Assembly (NCBI GenBank): GCA_964291295.2
Contig: OZ219754.1
Location: 2,208,001-2,272,000, forward strand
Direction: 5' to 3'
DNA from: an uncultured Candidatus Binatia bacterium
GTDB taxonomy: Bacteria; Desulfobacterota; Binatia; UBA9968; JAJDTQ01
Length of the DNA stretch: 64,000 bases
The position numbers and the translations under genes are program-made. The notes under the pieces are model-generated. The model ran no database searches, was not told where the DNA came from, and saw only the letters and a list, made by a program, of their open reading frames with translations. This document shows, one piece after another, positions 50,501 to 62,160 of this stretch. The stretch's first letter is position 1. Each line of letters starts with the position of its first letter.

Positions 50501-52141
50501 CAACTGCCCGGTCACAAGGTGTTCGAGGCCATCGCCCGGGTGCGGAAATCCACCCCGGGCGTGGGGCTCATCTCCCCGCCGCCGCACCACGACATCTACT
50601 CCATCGAGGACCTGGCCCAGTTGATCCACGATCTCAAGTGCGCCAACGACCGTGCGCGCGTCCACGTCAAACTGGTGGCCGAAGTGGGCGTCGGCACGGT
50701 GGCCGCGGGCGTCTCCAAGGGCAAGGCGGACGTGGTGCTGATCAGCGGCTACGACGGCGGCACCGGCGCCTCTCCGGAGTCCTCGATGAAACACGCCGGC
50801 GTCCCTTGGGAGCTGGGGGTTGCCGAGACGCAGCAGGTGCTGGTGCGGAACGATCTGCGGGGCCGCATCGTCGTGCAGACCGACGGGCAGCTCAAGACCG
50901 GACGGGACGTGGCCGTCGCCTGCCTGCTGGGCGCGGAGGAGTTCGGCTTCGCCACCACTGCACTGGTGGTCAGCGGCTGCATCATGCTGCGCAAATGCCA
51001 TCTCAACACCTGCTCGGTGGGGGTGGCGACGCAGGACGCGGAGCTGCGAAAGAAGTTCACCGGCAAGCCGGAACATGTCGTCAACTTCATGATGTTCATC
51101 GCCGAGCAGTTGCGGGAGGTCATGGCGGAGCTGGGTTTCCGCACCGTCAACGAGATGGTCGGGCGCGCCGACTGCCTCGACACCCGCAAGGCCATCGAAC
51201 ACTGGAAGGCCAAGGGACTGGACTTCTCCAGGCTGCTCGCATCGGTGGAGGTGCCGTCGTCGGTGGCCCGGTACTGCCGCGAGACGCAGGACCACGGGCT
51301 GGACAAGAAGCTCGACCAGCGGCTCATCGAAGCGGCCCGGGAAGCTCTCGAGGAGCGCAACCCGGTGGTCATCCGCCACGAGATCCACAACATCGACCGC
51401 ACCGCGGGGACCTTGCTCAGCGCCGAGGTGTCGCGCCGTTACGGCGAGGAGGGACTGCCCCGGGGCACCATCCGGGTCGATCTCTTCGGTTCCGCCGGGC
51501 AGAGCTTCGGCGCGTTCCTGGCTCCGGGCGTCTCGCTCTTCCTTGAGGGGGAGTCCAACGACTACACCGGCAAGGGGCTGTCCGGCGGCGTCATGGCGGT
51601 CTATCCCCCCGAGAACGCCGCGTTCAATCCCACCGAGAACATCATCATCGGCAATGTGGCCCTCTACGGCGCCACCGGCGGCCAGGCCTTCTTCCGCGGT
51701 CGCGCCGGCGAACGTTTCGCGGTGCGCAACAGCGGCGCCGAAACCGTCGTCGAAGGCGTCGGCGACCACGGTTGCGAGTACATGACCGGCGGCCGCGTGG
51801 TGGTGCTGGGGCCGGTGGGGCGCAACTTCGCCGCCGGCATGAGCGGCGGCGTCGCCTACGTGCTGGATGAGGACGGCGTCTTCCCGGGGCTGTGCAACCG
51901 GCAGATGGTGGACCTGGAGCCTCTGGAGGACGCAGAGGATGTCGCACACCTCCGTCGCCTCATCGAGGCCCACGTGGAGCATACCGGCAGCGACCGGGGC
52001 GCCCGGGTGCTGGAGCGCTGGCCGCGAGGGTCGTTCGTGAAGGTCATGCCGGTGGACTACCGCCGGGCCTTGCAGGAGATGGCCGCCCGCGCGGCGCAGG
52101 TGGCCGAATCCGCCGGAGCGGCGGCGTCCGCTTCGGCTTGA
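47591..52141 (+). CDS. gltB: Glutamate synthase large subunit
   Basis: EHDACGVG Ntn Cys, [41 protein letters not shown] 3Fe-4S, C-terminal GXGXG repeats. Confidence 0.98.
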   Translation: MKKQYQGLYDPAYEHDACGVGVVANLDGRKSHDIIRHAVEVLVNLEHRGACGCDPHTGDGAGILFQIPHAFFHRHCRPMGIALPAPGEYGVGMVFLPRQTEAHRWCERVIEETVGAEGQEFLGWRDVPVDFTQAGDVATRVAPLIRQFFVGAGPETATRDRFERKLYVIRKVIENAVDSGLAPEVRDDFYISSLSSRTVVYKGLLRADQLDSFYRDLSDDSIVSALALVHSRYSTNTLGSWRLAHPYRMLCHNGEINTIRGNQNWMRAREALFSSPLFGDDMAKLMPIIREGASDSAGFDNALELLVFTGRSLPHALMMMIPEAWENHETMSDEKKAFYAYHACLMEPWDGPALIAACDGDRVCTTLDRNGLRPFRYVVTRDNFIVGASEAGVLDLPAERILTRGRLQPGRLFLIDTLEGRIVADDEIKHEISTRRPYRRWLSREMVALEDLPEPEETPGLDMETLAERQRAFGFTSEELKILVGPMAVRGEEPVGSMGNDAPLAVLSNRPQLLFHYFKQLFAQVTNPPLDAIREELVTALRTSVGSERDLFAETAEHCRQLQLARPILSNGETARIKSLDRPGLKAETLAAVFPKSASAGALTDAVEALCAEAGRAVKDRGATVLVLSDRGVGPDRVQIPSLLAAAAVHHHLIREGLRTRAALVVESGEPREVMHCCLLVGYGANAVNPYLALETVEWMCRDGLIPDVDGKKARENLLKALCKGVLKTMSKMGISTIKSYHGAQIFEAIGLKQAVIDRYFTWTASRIEGIGLDEIEQEYRLHHHHGYPERTVAGDGALDVGGYYQWRKDGEHHLFNPHTIALLQTSTQTGDYGLFREYSRQIDDQTRLLGTLRGLFEFRSAQPSVPIDEVEPASEIVKRFSTGAMSYGSISKEAHESLAIAMNRIGGRSNSGEGGEDPDRYHPDADGNWRNSAIKQVASGRFGVTSNYLVNCTDLQIKMAQGAKPGEGGQLPGHKVFEAIARVRKSTPGVGLISPPPHHDIYSIEDLAQLIHDLKCANDRARVHVKLVAEVGVGTVAAGVSKGKADVVLISGYDGGTGASPESSMKHAGVPWELGVAETQQVLVRNDLRGRIVVQTDGQLKTGRDVAVACLLGAEEFGFATTALVVSGCIMLRKCHLNTCSVGVATQDAELRKKFTGKPEHVVNFMMFIAEQLREVMAELGFRTVNEMVGRADCLDTRKAIEHWKAKGLDFSRLLASVEVPSSVARYCRETQDHGLDKKLDQRLIEAAREALEERNPVVIRHEIHNIDRTAGTLLSAEVSRRYGEEGLPRGTIRVDLFGSAGQSFGAFLAPGVSLFLEGESNDYTGKGLSGGVMAVYPPENAAFNPTENIIIGNVALYGATGGQAFFRGRAGERFAVRNSGAETVVEGVGDHGCEYMTGGRVVVLGPVGRNFAAGMSGGVAYVLDEDGVFPGLCNRQMVDLEPLEDAEDVAHLRRLIEAHVEHTGSDRGARVLERWPRGSFVKVMPVDYRRALQEMAARAAQVAESAGAAASASA

Positions 52142-52222
52142 GCGGTCGCGCCCACCCAAGCCATACAGGTTCAGGATCGAAGGGCAGGGGGCGTTGCCGG
52201 GAGACGTCTCCGGGTTGTCGTT

Positions 52223-53719
<1,497 letters not shown>

Positions 53720-53726
53720 GCGGGCC

Positions 53727-54644
53727 TCACGTCCACGCCAGCAGGAACACCCCACCGACGATCAGCACGGCGCCCGCGCCGTCCCGTAACCGCACCACCT
53801 CGATGCCCTTCAGGGTGAAGTGCGCCAGCGCGAAGGTGACCAGGGGCTGGATGTTCCAGATGGGTCCCACGATCACTGCCGGTGCGTGGACCACCGCCAG
53901 GAAGGTGAGAAGGGTGCCGATGCCGTGGACGATGCCGGAAAGGGCGAAGCAAACGGTGCCCGCCAGGGGCACCCCGCGCCAGACGATGCGGACGCGCACG
54001 GCCCGGCCGAGCAGCCCGAGGAACAGCAGTCCGGTGACCTGGGTGATCACGGCGCCGACGATGGGGTCGCCGCCCTGCAGCACGCCGAGCCGCTTGAGGA
54101 TCGGCCCCAGGCTGTAGAAGACGAAGGAGAGGGCGGCATTGCCCAGGCCCGCCAGGGGCGCGGCGGATTCCGCGGCGGCCCCCGTGGCGCGAGTGATGAG
54201 AAGGATGCCGGCAACGATGACGGCGACCCCGCCGAAGGTTCCGATGGTGGCGGATTCGCCCAGGAAGGTGACGCCGATCACCGCGGTGAGCAGCGGCGAC
54301 GCGTTCTTGATGGACTGCGCGCGGGAGGCGCCGATCTGGTCGATGGCCCGGAGCAGGAAGACGCGGCCGAAGAAGGCGCCCACCGCGCCCAGGAGGACAA
54401 AGGTGGCGACCGCGGCCAGAGGGACCGGCAGGCCCCCGGCGCCGTAGCCGACCACCCAAACCAGCAGCAGGAACGCCACCATGGCGAGTTGCTGCACGGT
54501 CACCGCGGCATCCACGTTGGAGTGGACCAGGCCGCGCTTCACCAGCGGGGGCACCAGCCCCCAGACGATGCCCCCGGCCAGGGCGTAAATGATCCCGAGT
54601 CCCACGCCGGCAGGCTGCTTCCAGGTCAAGCGGCCCCGGCCCAT
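53727..54644 (-). CDS. EamA/DMT family transporter
   Basis: About 10 hydrophobic helices, PLLTAVIGVTFLGE. Confidence 0.88.
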   Translation of the reverse strand: MGRGRLTWKQPAGVGLGIIYALAGGIVWGLVPPLVKRGLVHSNVDAAVTVQQLAMVAFLLLVWVVGYGAGGLPVPLAAVATFVLLGAVGAFFGRVFLLRAIDQIGASRAQSIKNASPLLTAVIGVTFLGESATIGTFGGVAVIVAGILLITRATGAAAESAAPLAGLGNAALSFVFYSLGPILKRLGVLQGGDPIVGAVITQVTGLLFLGLLGRAVRVRIVWRGVPLAGTVCFALSGIVHGIGTLLTFLAVVHAPAVIVGPIWNIQPLVTFALAHFTLKGIEVVRLRDGAGAVLIVGGVFLLAWT

Positions 54645-54672
54645 GGCGCGGGGACGGCCAAGACCTCAGGCC

Positions 54673-55101
54673 TCACTGGGCGGGCAACACCTTGATGCGG
54701 ATGGTGTGCGCCATCTTCGCCCCAAGGGAGCGATGGAGGCCGTCGGCGAACTGCAGGGTCAGCGTGTAGCCGCCGGGGTCGAGAGTGAGCGTGGTTTCGG
54801 TCTCGCCCTTGCCGAAATGCAAGTGGGTCCTGTCCGTCGGGATCACCTTTCCCCCGCGCATGGGCCCCTTGTTGATGAGGATGTGGTGATGCCCGGTCCC
54901 CGCCACCACGCCGCCGGCGGGCTTGATCGCCATGCCATCCACTCCCATCACGACTTTCACCGGGCTCCGGACTTCCGCCCCGTCCTTCGGCTCGATGAAA
55001 AAGACCCGCTTCTCCGGCTCGGCTCCCGCCGCATGACCCGCCAGCGACAGGAATCCCGCCAGCGCCACCACCGCGAATCGACGCACTCCCGGCCCGTTCA
55101 T
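54673..55101 (-). CDS. Secreted DUF4399-family protein
   Basis: Signal peptide; VFFIEPKDGA, TGHHHILI, HLHFGKGETE, LTLQFADG.H. Confidence 0.85.
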   Translation of the reverse strand: MNGPGVRRFAVVALAGFLSLAGHAAGAEPEKRVFFIEPKDGAEVRSPVKVVMGVDGMAIKPAGGVVAGTGHHHILINKGPMRGGKVIPTDRTHLHFGKGETETTLTLDPGGYTLTLQFADGLHRSLGAKMAHTIRIKVLPAQ

Positions 55102-55363
55102 GGTGAACTCCTTTCTCTTCAAAGCCTGGCTGCAACCGCGCCGGCCATGCGCGGCGGCGCGGCGCATGGTTCAGTCGCCTGCAGTTGCAGGCCAGTGTTA
55201 CCAAGGACCACTCGACCTCCAGTTGCTCAAGCCCCCCTCAACAGGAATTGCCGAAATTCCATCCCCTGCGCTACCCCGCCGAATACGGGCTCCATTGCGG
55301 CCCGGTCGTCGAACGCGCACACCGTGACCGGGACCTCCGCCATTCGGGCCGGTCTGCTTGATG

Positions 55364-55717
55364 TCACTGTCGCACCCGAATACGCGAGTCCTCGACGATC
55401 CAAAGCTGACCGGCGAGCGTTGTGTCGGACAGCGCATGGAGCAGCCGGGCTCCGATTTCCAGGATAGGGTTGCGAGACCGAGTGCTTGGTCGAAACACGA
55501 CAAGTCCGGAATAGGCGTCGGGCGGATATGTCCGGATGTCCGCAAAATCCGTATCAAGCGTCACGAAGGCCCGGCCTTCGCGCCTGCAGACCGATGCAAG
55601 GGTTGAGTCCCGCGCTCCCTTGAGATCCTGGTCGAATGCCGTCACCGCGTCGTACCCGGCTGCTCGGAAGAGATCCACCAGATTGACGGGAAGATTCTCG
55701 TCCAGCTTGAACCGCAT
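55364..55717 (-). CDS. DUF5615 PIN-like toxin
   Basis: MRFKLDENLP...GARD...EGRAFVTLDTDFAD. Confidence 0.88.
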   Translation of the reverse strand: MRFKLDENLPVNLVDLFRAAGYDAVTAFDQDLKGARDSTLASVCRREGRAFVTLDTDFADIRTYPPDAYSGLVVFRPSTRSRNPILEIGARLLHALSDTTLAGQLWIVEDSRIRVRQ

Positions 55718-55955
55718 GCCGACCTTCCTGTTGCCGGAGCGCTACGACCCGCTCGTTGGCCAGGACGGCGGCATAGCAAAGCGCTGCACGCACCGCTTCG
55801 CGAGAAACCGAAGGATAACTCCTTGCGATGCTGTCGGCGTCCAGACCGTCCGCCAGATTGTCCAGCACGGTTGTCACCAGAACGCGAGTACCCGAGATGC
55901 ACGCCTTGCCGTGGCAGATTTCAGGGTCCACGGTGATGTGGTCTCGCCAGTTCAT
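55554..55955 (-). CDS. DUF433 antitoxin (C-terminal read-through into toxin gene)
   Basis: ITVDPEICHGKACISGTRV.V..VLD.LA.G......YP; GAGGGG RBS; homology ends near 55735 but the frame continues to 55554. Confidence 0.85.
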   Translation of the reverse strand: MNWRDHITVDPEICHGKACISGTRVLVTTVLDNLADGLDADSIARSYPSVSREAVRAALCYAAVLANERVVALRQQEGRHAVQAGRESSRQSGGSLPSSRVRRGDGIRPGSQGSAGLNPCIGLQARRPGLRDA

Positions 55956-56240
55956 GGTTTTCCCTCCTCTTTCCGCACGCATGCCCCGGACCTCATCCCG
56001 CCCTGAGGTCTGGGGACTCCCTTGCAGGCCTTCCAGGTCGCGCTCTCATCCCGCTCTCATCCAATCGAATGGTTCTGAAATTGCATTGTCAGTTCAACTT
56101 TACCACCTGGAGTCGGGATTGGGCAGGGACCCGGGCTGATTCCGCCGATTTCGACACGCATGCCGTTGACATCTCCTCGGGCGGGCCGATGGGGTGCCGC
56201 TCGCCGCTTTGGCTCATCACATGATATGCAGAGAAACCAT

Positions 56241-56287
56241 GTGAAGTTTGGAGATCGCGTGAAGTTTGGAGATCGCGTGAAGTTTGG
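56241..56287. repeat. 18-bp tandem repeat (about 2.6 copies)
   Basis: GTGAAGTTTGGAGATCGC x2 plus GTGAAGTTTGG, upstream of the TPP-enzyme pair. Confidence 0.85.
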
Positions 56288-56353
56288 TGCGTGGTCCTTT
56301 CAACACCACGGAGTACCACCCGGTCACGGAAAGGCATTTCAGAAAGGCACTTC

Positions 56354-58120
56354 ATGTCGAAGATACGGAAATCGGAACAGCGGTGGCAGTCGGACATCGT
56401 GGTCGATCTCATGAAGCTGTACGAAATCCCCTACGTCGCCCTCAATCCGGGGGCCAGCTACCGGGGGCTCCACGACTCCATGGTGAACTACGGCGAGAAC
56501 GAGCCGGAGATGCTGCTCTGCAACCACGAGAAGATCGCCGTGCAGATCGCCCACGGCTATGCGAAGGCTTCGGGGAAGCCCATGGCCGCCATCGTGCATG
56601 ACGTGGTGGGACTGCTGCACGCGCCCATGGGCATCTACTACGCCTACATCGACCGATGCCCGGTGTTCGTCATCGGCGCCACCGGCCCCATGGACGAAAA
56701 GTACCGGCGTCCCTTCATCGACTGGATCCACACGGCCTTCGCCCAGGGCGACGCGGTGCGGAACTTCACGAAGTGGGACTATCAGCCCGGCGGCATTCAC
56801 GGTGTGCCCGACTCCTTCGCCCGGGCCTACTCGATCATGATGACCGAGCCCCGGGGTCCCGTCTACATGTGCTACGACTCGGTGCTGCAGGAAAGCCCGC
56901 TCACCGAGGAAGTGCCGATTCCGCCGGCGTCCGCGGTCAAGGTGCCGTCGCGCATCGCGCCCGAGCCGGCGGCGGTGGCCGAGGCCGCGGAGTTGCTGGT
57001 GCGGGCCGACAACCCCTTGCTGCTCACCGAGTACGCCGCGCGCATGCCCGAGGGCTTCGAGCCCACGGTGGCGCTGGCGGAAACGGTGGGGGCGTCGGTG
57101 TTCGACGTCTGCAAGCGGCTGGGCTTCCCCAACCGCCATCCCCTGAACATGAGCTTCAACCCGGACGCTTTCGCCGGCGTGGACTTGGTGATGGCGCTGG
57201 ACGTGGTGGACTGGACCCGGGGCTCCCACCGGCTCAACACCCGGACCCGCGAGATCACGGTGGTGACGGCGCCGGACTGCAAGTGGGTCGACGCCGGCTT
57301 CGCCGACATCGAGATCAGCAAGTGGGCCACCGACTACAACAAGCACAACAACTGGGATCTGCGGGTGATGGGGGACACCTCCATCACCATCCCCGAGCTC
57401 ACCCGGGCGTGCCGCTCTCTCATCGAGGCCGATCCGGCGCTGCGGGAACGGGTGGAGGAACGCCGGCAGTGCCTGGCCGACAAGCACGAGCGTCAGTGGC
57501 GGCAGTGGCAGCAGCAGGTGGAGTCGGAGCGGGACCAGCGGCCCATGACCGAATCCCGGCTGGCCTGCGAGGTGTGGCAGGCCATCAAGGACGAAGACTG
57601 GGTGCTGACCGCCGGGACCCTGAAGGACTGGGTGCAGAAGATCTGGGACTTCGACCGGCCCTACCGCCATCCGGGCCGGGAGCTGGGGACCGGAACCCAG
57701 ATCGGCATGTCCATCGGTGTGGCCCTGGCTCACAAGGGACAGGGGCGGCTGGTGGTGGATCTCCAGCCCGACGGCGACCTGATGTTCGACCTGGGGGCGC
57801 TGTGGATGCCGGTCAAGTACGACATTCCCATGCTGGTGATCATGTACAACAACCGCGCCTACTACAACGACTGGGCACACCAGATACACATGGCCCATCA
57901 GCGCGGCACCGACCCGGCCCGGGCGTACATCGGCATGGACCTGGAGGCGCCGCCGCCGGACTTCGCGCACATCGCCCGAGGCATGGGCTGGTACGCCGAA
58001 GGCCCCATCGAGGACCCCGCGGAGGTGGCGCCGGCGGTGCGCCGGGCCATCGCGCAGGTCAAGGCCGGCAAGCCGGCGCTGGTGGATCCCATCGTCTGGC
58101 GCCGTGACATCGACACCTGA
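56354..58120 (+). CDS. Thiamine pyrophosphate-dependent enzyme, paralog 2
   Basis: LNPGASYRGLHDS, NHEK, QPDGDLMF...YNN. Confidence 0.92.
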   Translation: MSKIRKSEQRWQSDIVVDLMKLYEIPYVALNPGASYRGLHDSMVNYGENEPEMLLCNHEKIAVQIAHGYAKASGKPMAAIVHDVVGLLHAPMGIYYAYIDRCPVFVIGATGPMDEKYRRPFIDWIHTAFAQGDAVRNFTKWDYQPGGIHGVPDSFARAYSIMMTEPRGPVYMCYDSVLQESPLTEEVPIPPASAVKVPSRIAPEPAAVAEAAELLVRADNPLLLTEYAARMPEGFEPTVALAETVGASVFDVCKRLGFPNRHPLNMSFNPDAFAGVDLVMALDVVDWTRGSHRLNTRTREITVVTAPDCKWVDAGFADIEISKWATDYNKHNNWDLRVMGDTSITIPELTRACRSLIEADPALRERVEERRQCLADKHERQWRQWQQQVESERDQRPMTESRLACEVWQAIKDEDWVLTAGTLKDWVQKIWDFDRPYRHPGRELGTGTQIGMSIGVALAHKGQGRLVVDLQPDGDLMFDLGALWMPVKYDIPMLVIMYNNRAYYNDWAHQIHMAHQRGTDPARAYIGMDLEAPPPDFAHIARGMGWYAEGPIEDPAEVAPAVRRAIAQVKAGKPALVDPIVWRRDIDT

Positions 58121-58152
58121 GCGGCGGGGTCTCGCCCGTTCCGTATCCACCG

Positions 58153-58184
58153 ACCCTCGTTCCCGGCAAGGCGGGAACGAGGGT
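58153..58184. repeat. Perfect 13-bp stem-loop (REP-like) between tandem TPP genes
   Basis: ACCCTCGTTCCCG-gcaagg-CGGGAACGAGGGT. Confidence 0.75.
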
Positions 58185-58211
58185 TCTCCCGAACGAACGA
58201 AGGAAGCCGAT

Positions 58212-59996
58212 ATGAGCAAAGCCGAGAGGATCGAGGCGTCCGCCATCAAGAAGTCGGACCGCAGGTGGCAGTCGGACGTCGTCGTGGACATGGTCAAGCG
58301 CTACGGGTTCGAGTACATCGCGCTCAATCCCGGCGCCAGCTATCGGGGACTCCATGACTCCCTGGTGAACTACGGCGAGAACGATCCGCCCATGATGCTC
58401 TGCAACCACGAGAAGATCGCGGTGCAGATCGCCCACGGCTACGCCCGGGCCAGCGGCAAGCCGATGATCGCCATCGTCCACGACCTGGTGGGGCTGCTGC
58501 ACGCGCCCATGGGCATCTACTACGCCTATCTCGACCGGGCGCCCATCTTCATCATCGGCGCCACCGGCCCCATGGAAGAGCCCAAGCGGCGCCCGTTCAT
58601 CGACTGGATCCATTCAGCCAGCGTCCAGGGCGAGGCCGTCCGCCACTATGTGAAGTGGGATTCCCAGCCCACCACCATCGACGCCGTCCCCGGCGCCTTC
58701 GCCCGCGCCTACGCCGTCATGATGAGCGGCAAGCAGGGCCCCATCTACATGTGCTACGACGCCGGCCTTCAGGAGGCGGTGCTGGACCACGACGTGGCGA
58801 TGCCGCCGGAGGACAATGTGCGCGTACCCGCGCCGGCCATGGCGGACCCGGCGGCGCTGGAGAAGGCCGCGGACACGCTGGCCGCGGCCAGGCGCCCGGT
58901 CATCGTGGCGGACTTTGCCGCCCGCCCGCCCCACGGCTGGGACCACGTGGTGGAACTGGCGGAGACCCTGGGGGCGGCGGTGTGGGACTGTGATTCGCGC
59001 CTCAATTTTCCGAGCGCGCATCCGCTGAATCTCAGCATGGACAGCGAAGGCTGCTACAAGGACGCGGACGTGGTGCTGACGCTGGACATCGCGGATTTCG
59101 AGAAGCCCACCCACGTGCGCGACATCGCCACCCGCACGGTGGTCGGCATGGTGCCGGACGACGCCACCTGGATCGACATCGGCTACACCGACACCGAGAT
59201 CAGCAAGTGGGCGATGACCTACGCCCGGCCGTTCCATGCGCACCAGCGCATGACCGCGGACCCGGTGACGGCGGCGCCGGCGTTGACGAAGCTCCTGAAG
59301 GAGCGCATCGCCCGGATACCCGGCCGAGCCGGGGAGATCGCCAGGCGGACCGAGGAGGTGGGCCGACGCCACGCCGAGGTCCGGGCCGAGTGGCGGCGGC
59401 AGGCGCGGGAGGATCGCTGGGACGCCGTGCCCATGACCGTGCCGCGCCTGGCGCTGGAGGTGTGGGAAGCCATCAAGGACGAGGACTGGGTGTTGACCTC
59501 CGGCACGCTGCACGACTGGGCGCGCCGGCTGTGGAACTTCGACCGGCCCTACCGCCACGGCGGGCGCGAGCTGGGTACCGGCACGCAGATCGGCCTCGCC
59601 CTGGGCGTGGCCTTGGCCCACAAGGGGAGCGGCAGGCTGGTGGTGGATCTCCAGCCCGACGGCGACCTCATGTTCGATGCCGGCAGCCTCTGGATAGCCG
59701 CCAAGTACGAGATCCCCATGCTCATCGTGATGTACAACAACCGCGCCTACTACAACGACTGGAACCACCAGATCGTCATGGCACGGAACCGCGGCACCGA
59801 TCCGTCGCGCGCGCACATCGGCATGGATCTGTGCGGACCCGATCCCGACTTCGCGACCTTGGCCCGCTCCATGGGCTGGTACGGCGAAGGTCCCATCGAG
59901 GACGCCGACGCTCTGCGGCCGGCGCTGGATCGGGCCATTGAGCAGGTCCGGCGCGGGAAGCCGGCGCTGGTGGACACCGTGACCCAGCGGCGCTGA
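58212..59996 (+). CDS. Thiamine pyrophosphate-dependent enzyme, paralog 3
   Basis: Same motifs as the upstream paralog; AAGGAAG RBS. Confidence 0.92.
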   Translation: MSKAERIEASAIKKSDRRWQSDVVVDMVKRYGFEYIALNPGASYRGLHDSLVNYGENDPPMMLCNHEKIAVQIAHGYARASGKPMIAIVHDLVGLLHAPMGIYYAYLDRAPIFIIGATGPMEEPKRRPFIDWIHSASVQGEAVRHYVKWDSQPTTIDAVPGAFARAYAVMMSGKQGPIYMCYDAGLQEAVLDHDVAMPPEDNVRVPAPAMADPAALEKAADTLAAARRPVIVADFAARPPHGWDHVVELAETLGAAVWDCDSRLNFPSAHPLNLSMDSEGCYKDADVVLTLDIADFEKPTHVRDIATRTVVGMVPDDATWIDIGYTDTEISKWAMTYARPFHAHQRMTADPVTAAPALTKLLKERIARIPGRAGEIARRTEEVGRRHAEVRAEWRRQAREDRWDAVPMTVPRLALEVWEAIKDEDWVLTSGTLHDWARRLWNFDRPYRHGGRELGTGTQIGLALGVALAHKGSGRLVVDLQPDGDLMFDAGSLWIAAKYEIPMLIVMYNNRAYYNDWNHQIVMARNRGTDPSRAHIGMDLCGPDPDFATLARSMGWYGEGPIEDADALRPALDRAIEQVRRGKPALVDTVTQRR

Positions 59997-60108
59997 ACCG
60001 GAGCGCCATGCGGTCTGCCGGGGAACGGCGCACCACCGGTTTCCGCGGCTGCGGTATCTCTGCCTTTTCCCTGCCGCATCCCTGCGTTGCCGGGCGGTTC
60101 TGACGGCA

Positions 60109-60489
60109 ATGCCGTACGAGTACGATGACATAAGGGGCTGCGAGCGGCTCATCGTCCGGGTGGCCCTGGGCCTCGACCCGGCCACGGCCGCGGACGTGGA
60201 GCGCTACGGCGCCGCGTCCGTCCTGTGGAGCCTCTACCACCGCCTTCGGGAAGACCAGCGGGAGGTCTTCCTGGTCGGCTTGGGAAACGCGCTGGAGAAG
60301 AACGCGAGCCGCAAGGCCCTGTCGCGGCTGGCGCTGTTCGCGTCCAATCCGATGCTGGGCTTGGACCACAGCGTCGACATCCTCGGAGACTGGTTCATCA
60401 AGAACAGGAAGGCGGACCCGGGCCTGTACGAGGCCCTCGACGTCTGCTGGCGCCGCCGTTTCAACCGCGGATTCGACGACGAGGCCTGA
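60109..60489 (+). CDS. Hypothetical helical protein
   Basis: 126-aa ORF with host-like GC3 bias filling the gap between convergent genes; no motif recognised. Confidence 0.65.
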   Translation: MPYEYDDIRGCERLIVRVALGLDPATAADVERYGAASVLWSLYHRLREDQREVFLVGLGNALEKNASRKALSRLALFASNPMLGLDHSVDILGDWFIKNRKADPGLYEALDVCWRRRFNRGFDDEA

Positions 60490-60496
60490 CCGGGGG

Positions 60497-61318
60497 CTAC
60501 GCTTCGAAGAAGGCCAGGGTGCGCACCTCGATGCTCTCCCGCGGCGGCGCATCCGCCGGGGTGCCGGGAGGGTCGAAGGCGGAATGGGCGGAAAAGCGCG
60601 CCCTCCCGTCTTTCTTCGAGTCGTAGCACTTGAAGACGATGGCCTCGTCCGGCTGCATTTCCGGGAAGTAGTGGAAGCGGTGGTCGGGATTGTAGGTCAG
60701 GTGGTAGGTCTCGCCGAGCCGGTGGGGATGCGGCCGCACGGTCGGAATGAGATCCTCGGCGGCGATGCTCCGGGCGTCGCACATGGCCAGCGGCGCGCGC
60801 AGCACCGGCTCACGCATGCCGCGCCAGACCTGCACCACCGCGAAGCGGCGTTGGAGCAGTTCCGCCGCCTCGTCCGGCAGCAGATCCCGCACCCGCTCCG
60901 GACCGGACCACTCGGTGTAGTCGTTGTGGACGCTCCGCACCGGCCCCTTGGCTCCCCTTTCCGCATGGCCGGACCGCAGCGTATGGTCGAAGACCAGCAC
61001 CCGGTGCGCCCCGGTGTGCTCCTTGATCAGCGCTTCCACTTCGGGATAGTACACCGCCCGCACCTCGTCCTCGTCGAAGAAGTCGGTCATCTTCGTGGAC
61101 TGCGGCTTCAGGGCGAAACCGTTGCGTTCGATGGAGAGTTCGGGGTGGCGGCGCCCGTTTCGGACCCGCACCTGGTGCGTCTCGTACTTCCGCTCCTTGT
61201 GCGGATAGCCGAGGCTGGGTCTGTCGAAGGTGGTGACGGGCCTGGGGCCGGTGTGGGTCATGTAGTTGAAGCTGGCCTCGACGGTGTCATCAAGGGTTTC
61301 CGCTGCGGCTGTGGCCAT
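60497..61318 (-). CDS. CmcJ/NvfI-family oxidoreductase (Fe/2-oxoglutarate-like)
   Basis: GF.L, YYPEV..LIK..TGA.RV.VFDHTLR, VHNDYT, PLAMCD, HSAF, RESIEVR; AAGGAG RBS. Confidence 0.85.
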   Translation of the reverse strand: MATAAAETLDDTVEASFNYMTHTGPRPVTTFDRPSLGYPHKERKYETHQVRVRNGRRHPELSIERNGFALKPQSTKMTDFFDEDEVRAVYYPEVEALIKEHTGAHRVLVFDHTLRSGHAERGAKGPVRSVHNDYTEWSGPERVRDLLPDEAAELLQRRFAVVQVWRGMREPVLRAPLAMCDARSIAAEDLIPTVRPHPHRLGETYHLTYNPDHRFHYFPEMQPDEAIVFKCYDSKKDGRARFSAHSAFDPPGTPADAPPRESIEVRTLAFFEA

Positions 61319-61493
61319 TGGCGTCTCCTTCGGGACCGCGGCGTGTTCTCTTCCGTGCGGTTCCTGGTTCCCGGCGTGCCGGGTCATGGCAACGTTCCGG
61401 CGGATCGGGCGATACCGCGCTGCCGCCGGGACGGAAAATATCCGGTGACGGTGGTACAAGTCAGCCGGCGGTACAAGTCAAGAGTCGATTTCC

Positions 61494-61511
61494 CGGCCGC
61501 GACCGCGGCCG
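61494..61511 (-). promoter_or_regulatory. Bacterial SECIS-like hairpin of the UXX-star protein
   Basis: CGGCCGC-GGUC-GCGGCCG; loop starts 16 nt after UGA; GGUC loop resembles the E. coli fdhF SECIS apex. Confidence 0.8.
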
Positions 61512-61736
61512 CTACACCGTTCAGCTTCCGCCGAAGCCGATGGTGATCCGGCCGTTCTCCACGATGACCGGGATCTCGCGCCGTCCGCCGTTGAGAGCCA
61601 TCATGCGACGGAGGCCGTCCTCGTCATCCAGCACGTTGATATAATCGAAGGGCACGTTGCGGTCCGAGTAGTCCCGACGGGCACTCGACGTGTAGTCACA
61701 GTGATCGTGGCCGAAGATCGATACCTTGTCCGGCAT
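61512..61736 (-). CDS. UXX-star glutaredoxin-like selenoprotein (74 aa)
   Basis: MPDKVSIFGHDHCDYT...REIPVIV...IGFGGS-TGA-ACG-GTG-TAG (U-T-V-stop); AAAGGA RBS. Confidence 0.88.
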
Positions 61737-61888
61737 GGCGCATCCTTTCCGGCGGCGTTTGGGGATTGTCTTTACCCGTATCGCCAAACGCGGCTTTTGG
61801 CAATCGCCCGGGACGGGCGGCGGCGGTTCGCCCCGGGCGGGGCGGAGCCGGCGGACCGCGGGCGGCGAAAAACCCGCTCCGGGGAGCA

Positions 61889-62160
61889 TGTTCCAAAGGA
61901 AGATTGACGGCCTGTCCAACCCACTGTAGTAGCCGAGGCGCACCAGGGTCCGCTTCACGAACTCGCAGGTGTCGGCTCGCTCGGTCGGGTGAAAATCCAA
62001 AGGCATGCTCGCCTCGACGAAGGCCGCGACCTGCTCGATAGTCCCCATGCGTTCCGTTCGAAGTGCCACGATCATTTCCTGATGATCCCCGACTCCTCTG
62101 CTTCAGGCTCACTTTGCATTGGATCCGCTTCACGTTTTCGGGCTGACTTTGCATTGGACA
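61889..62160 (-). mobile_element. Internally deleted IS remnant (IS481-like TGT ends)
   Basis: Ends TGTCCAATGCAAAG (62160, minus) and TGTTCCAAAGGAAG (61889, plus); 22-bp internal repeat at 62102-62123 and 62137-62158; transposase N-terminus MIVALRTERMGTIEQVAAFVE...EFVKRTLVRLGY. Confidence 0.65.

Noticed and set aside
61521-62075. 184-aa ORF as a single transposase-glutaredoxin fusion
   Set aside because: Chance in-frame join of an IS remnant to the small selenoprotein, which has its own RBS and ATG at 61736
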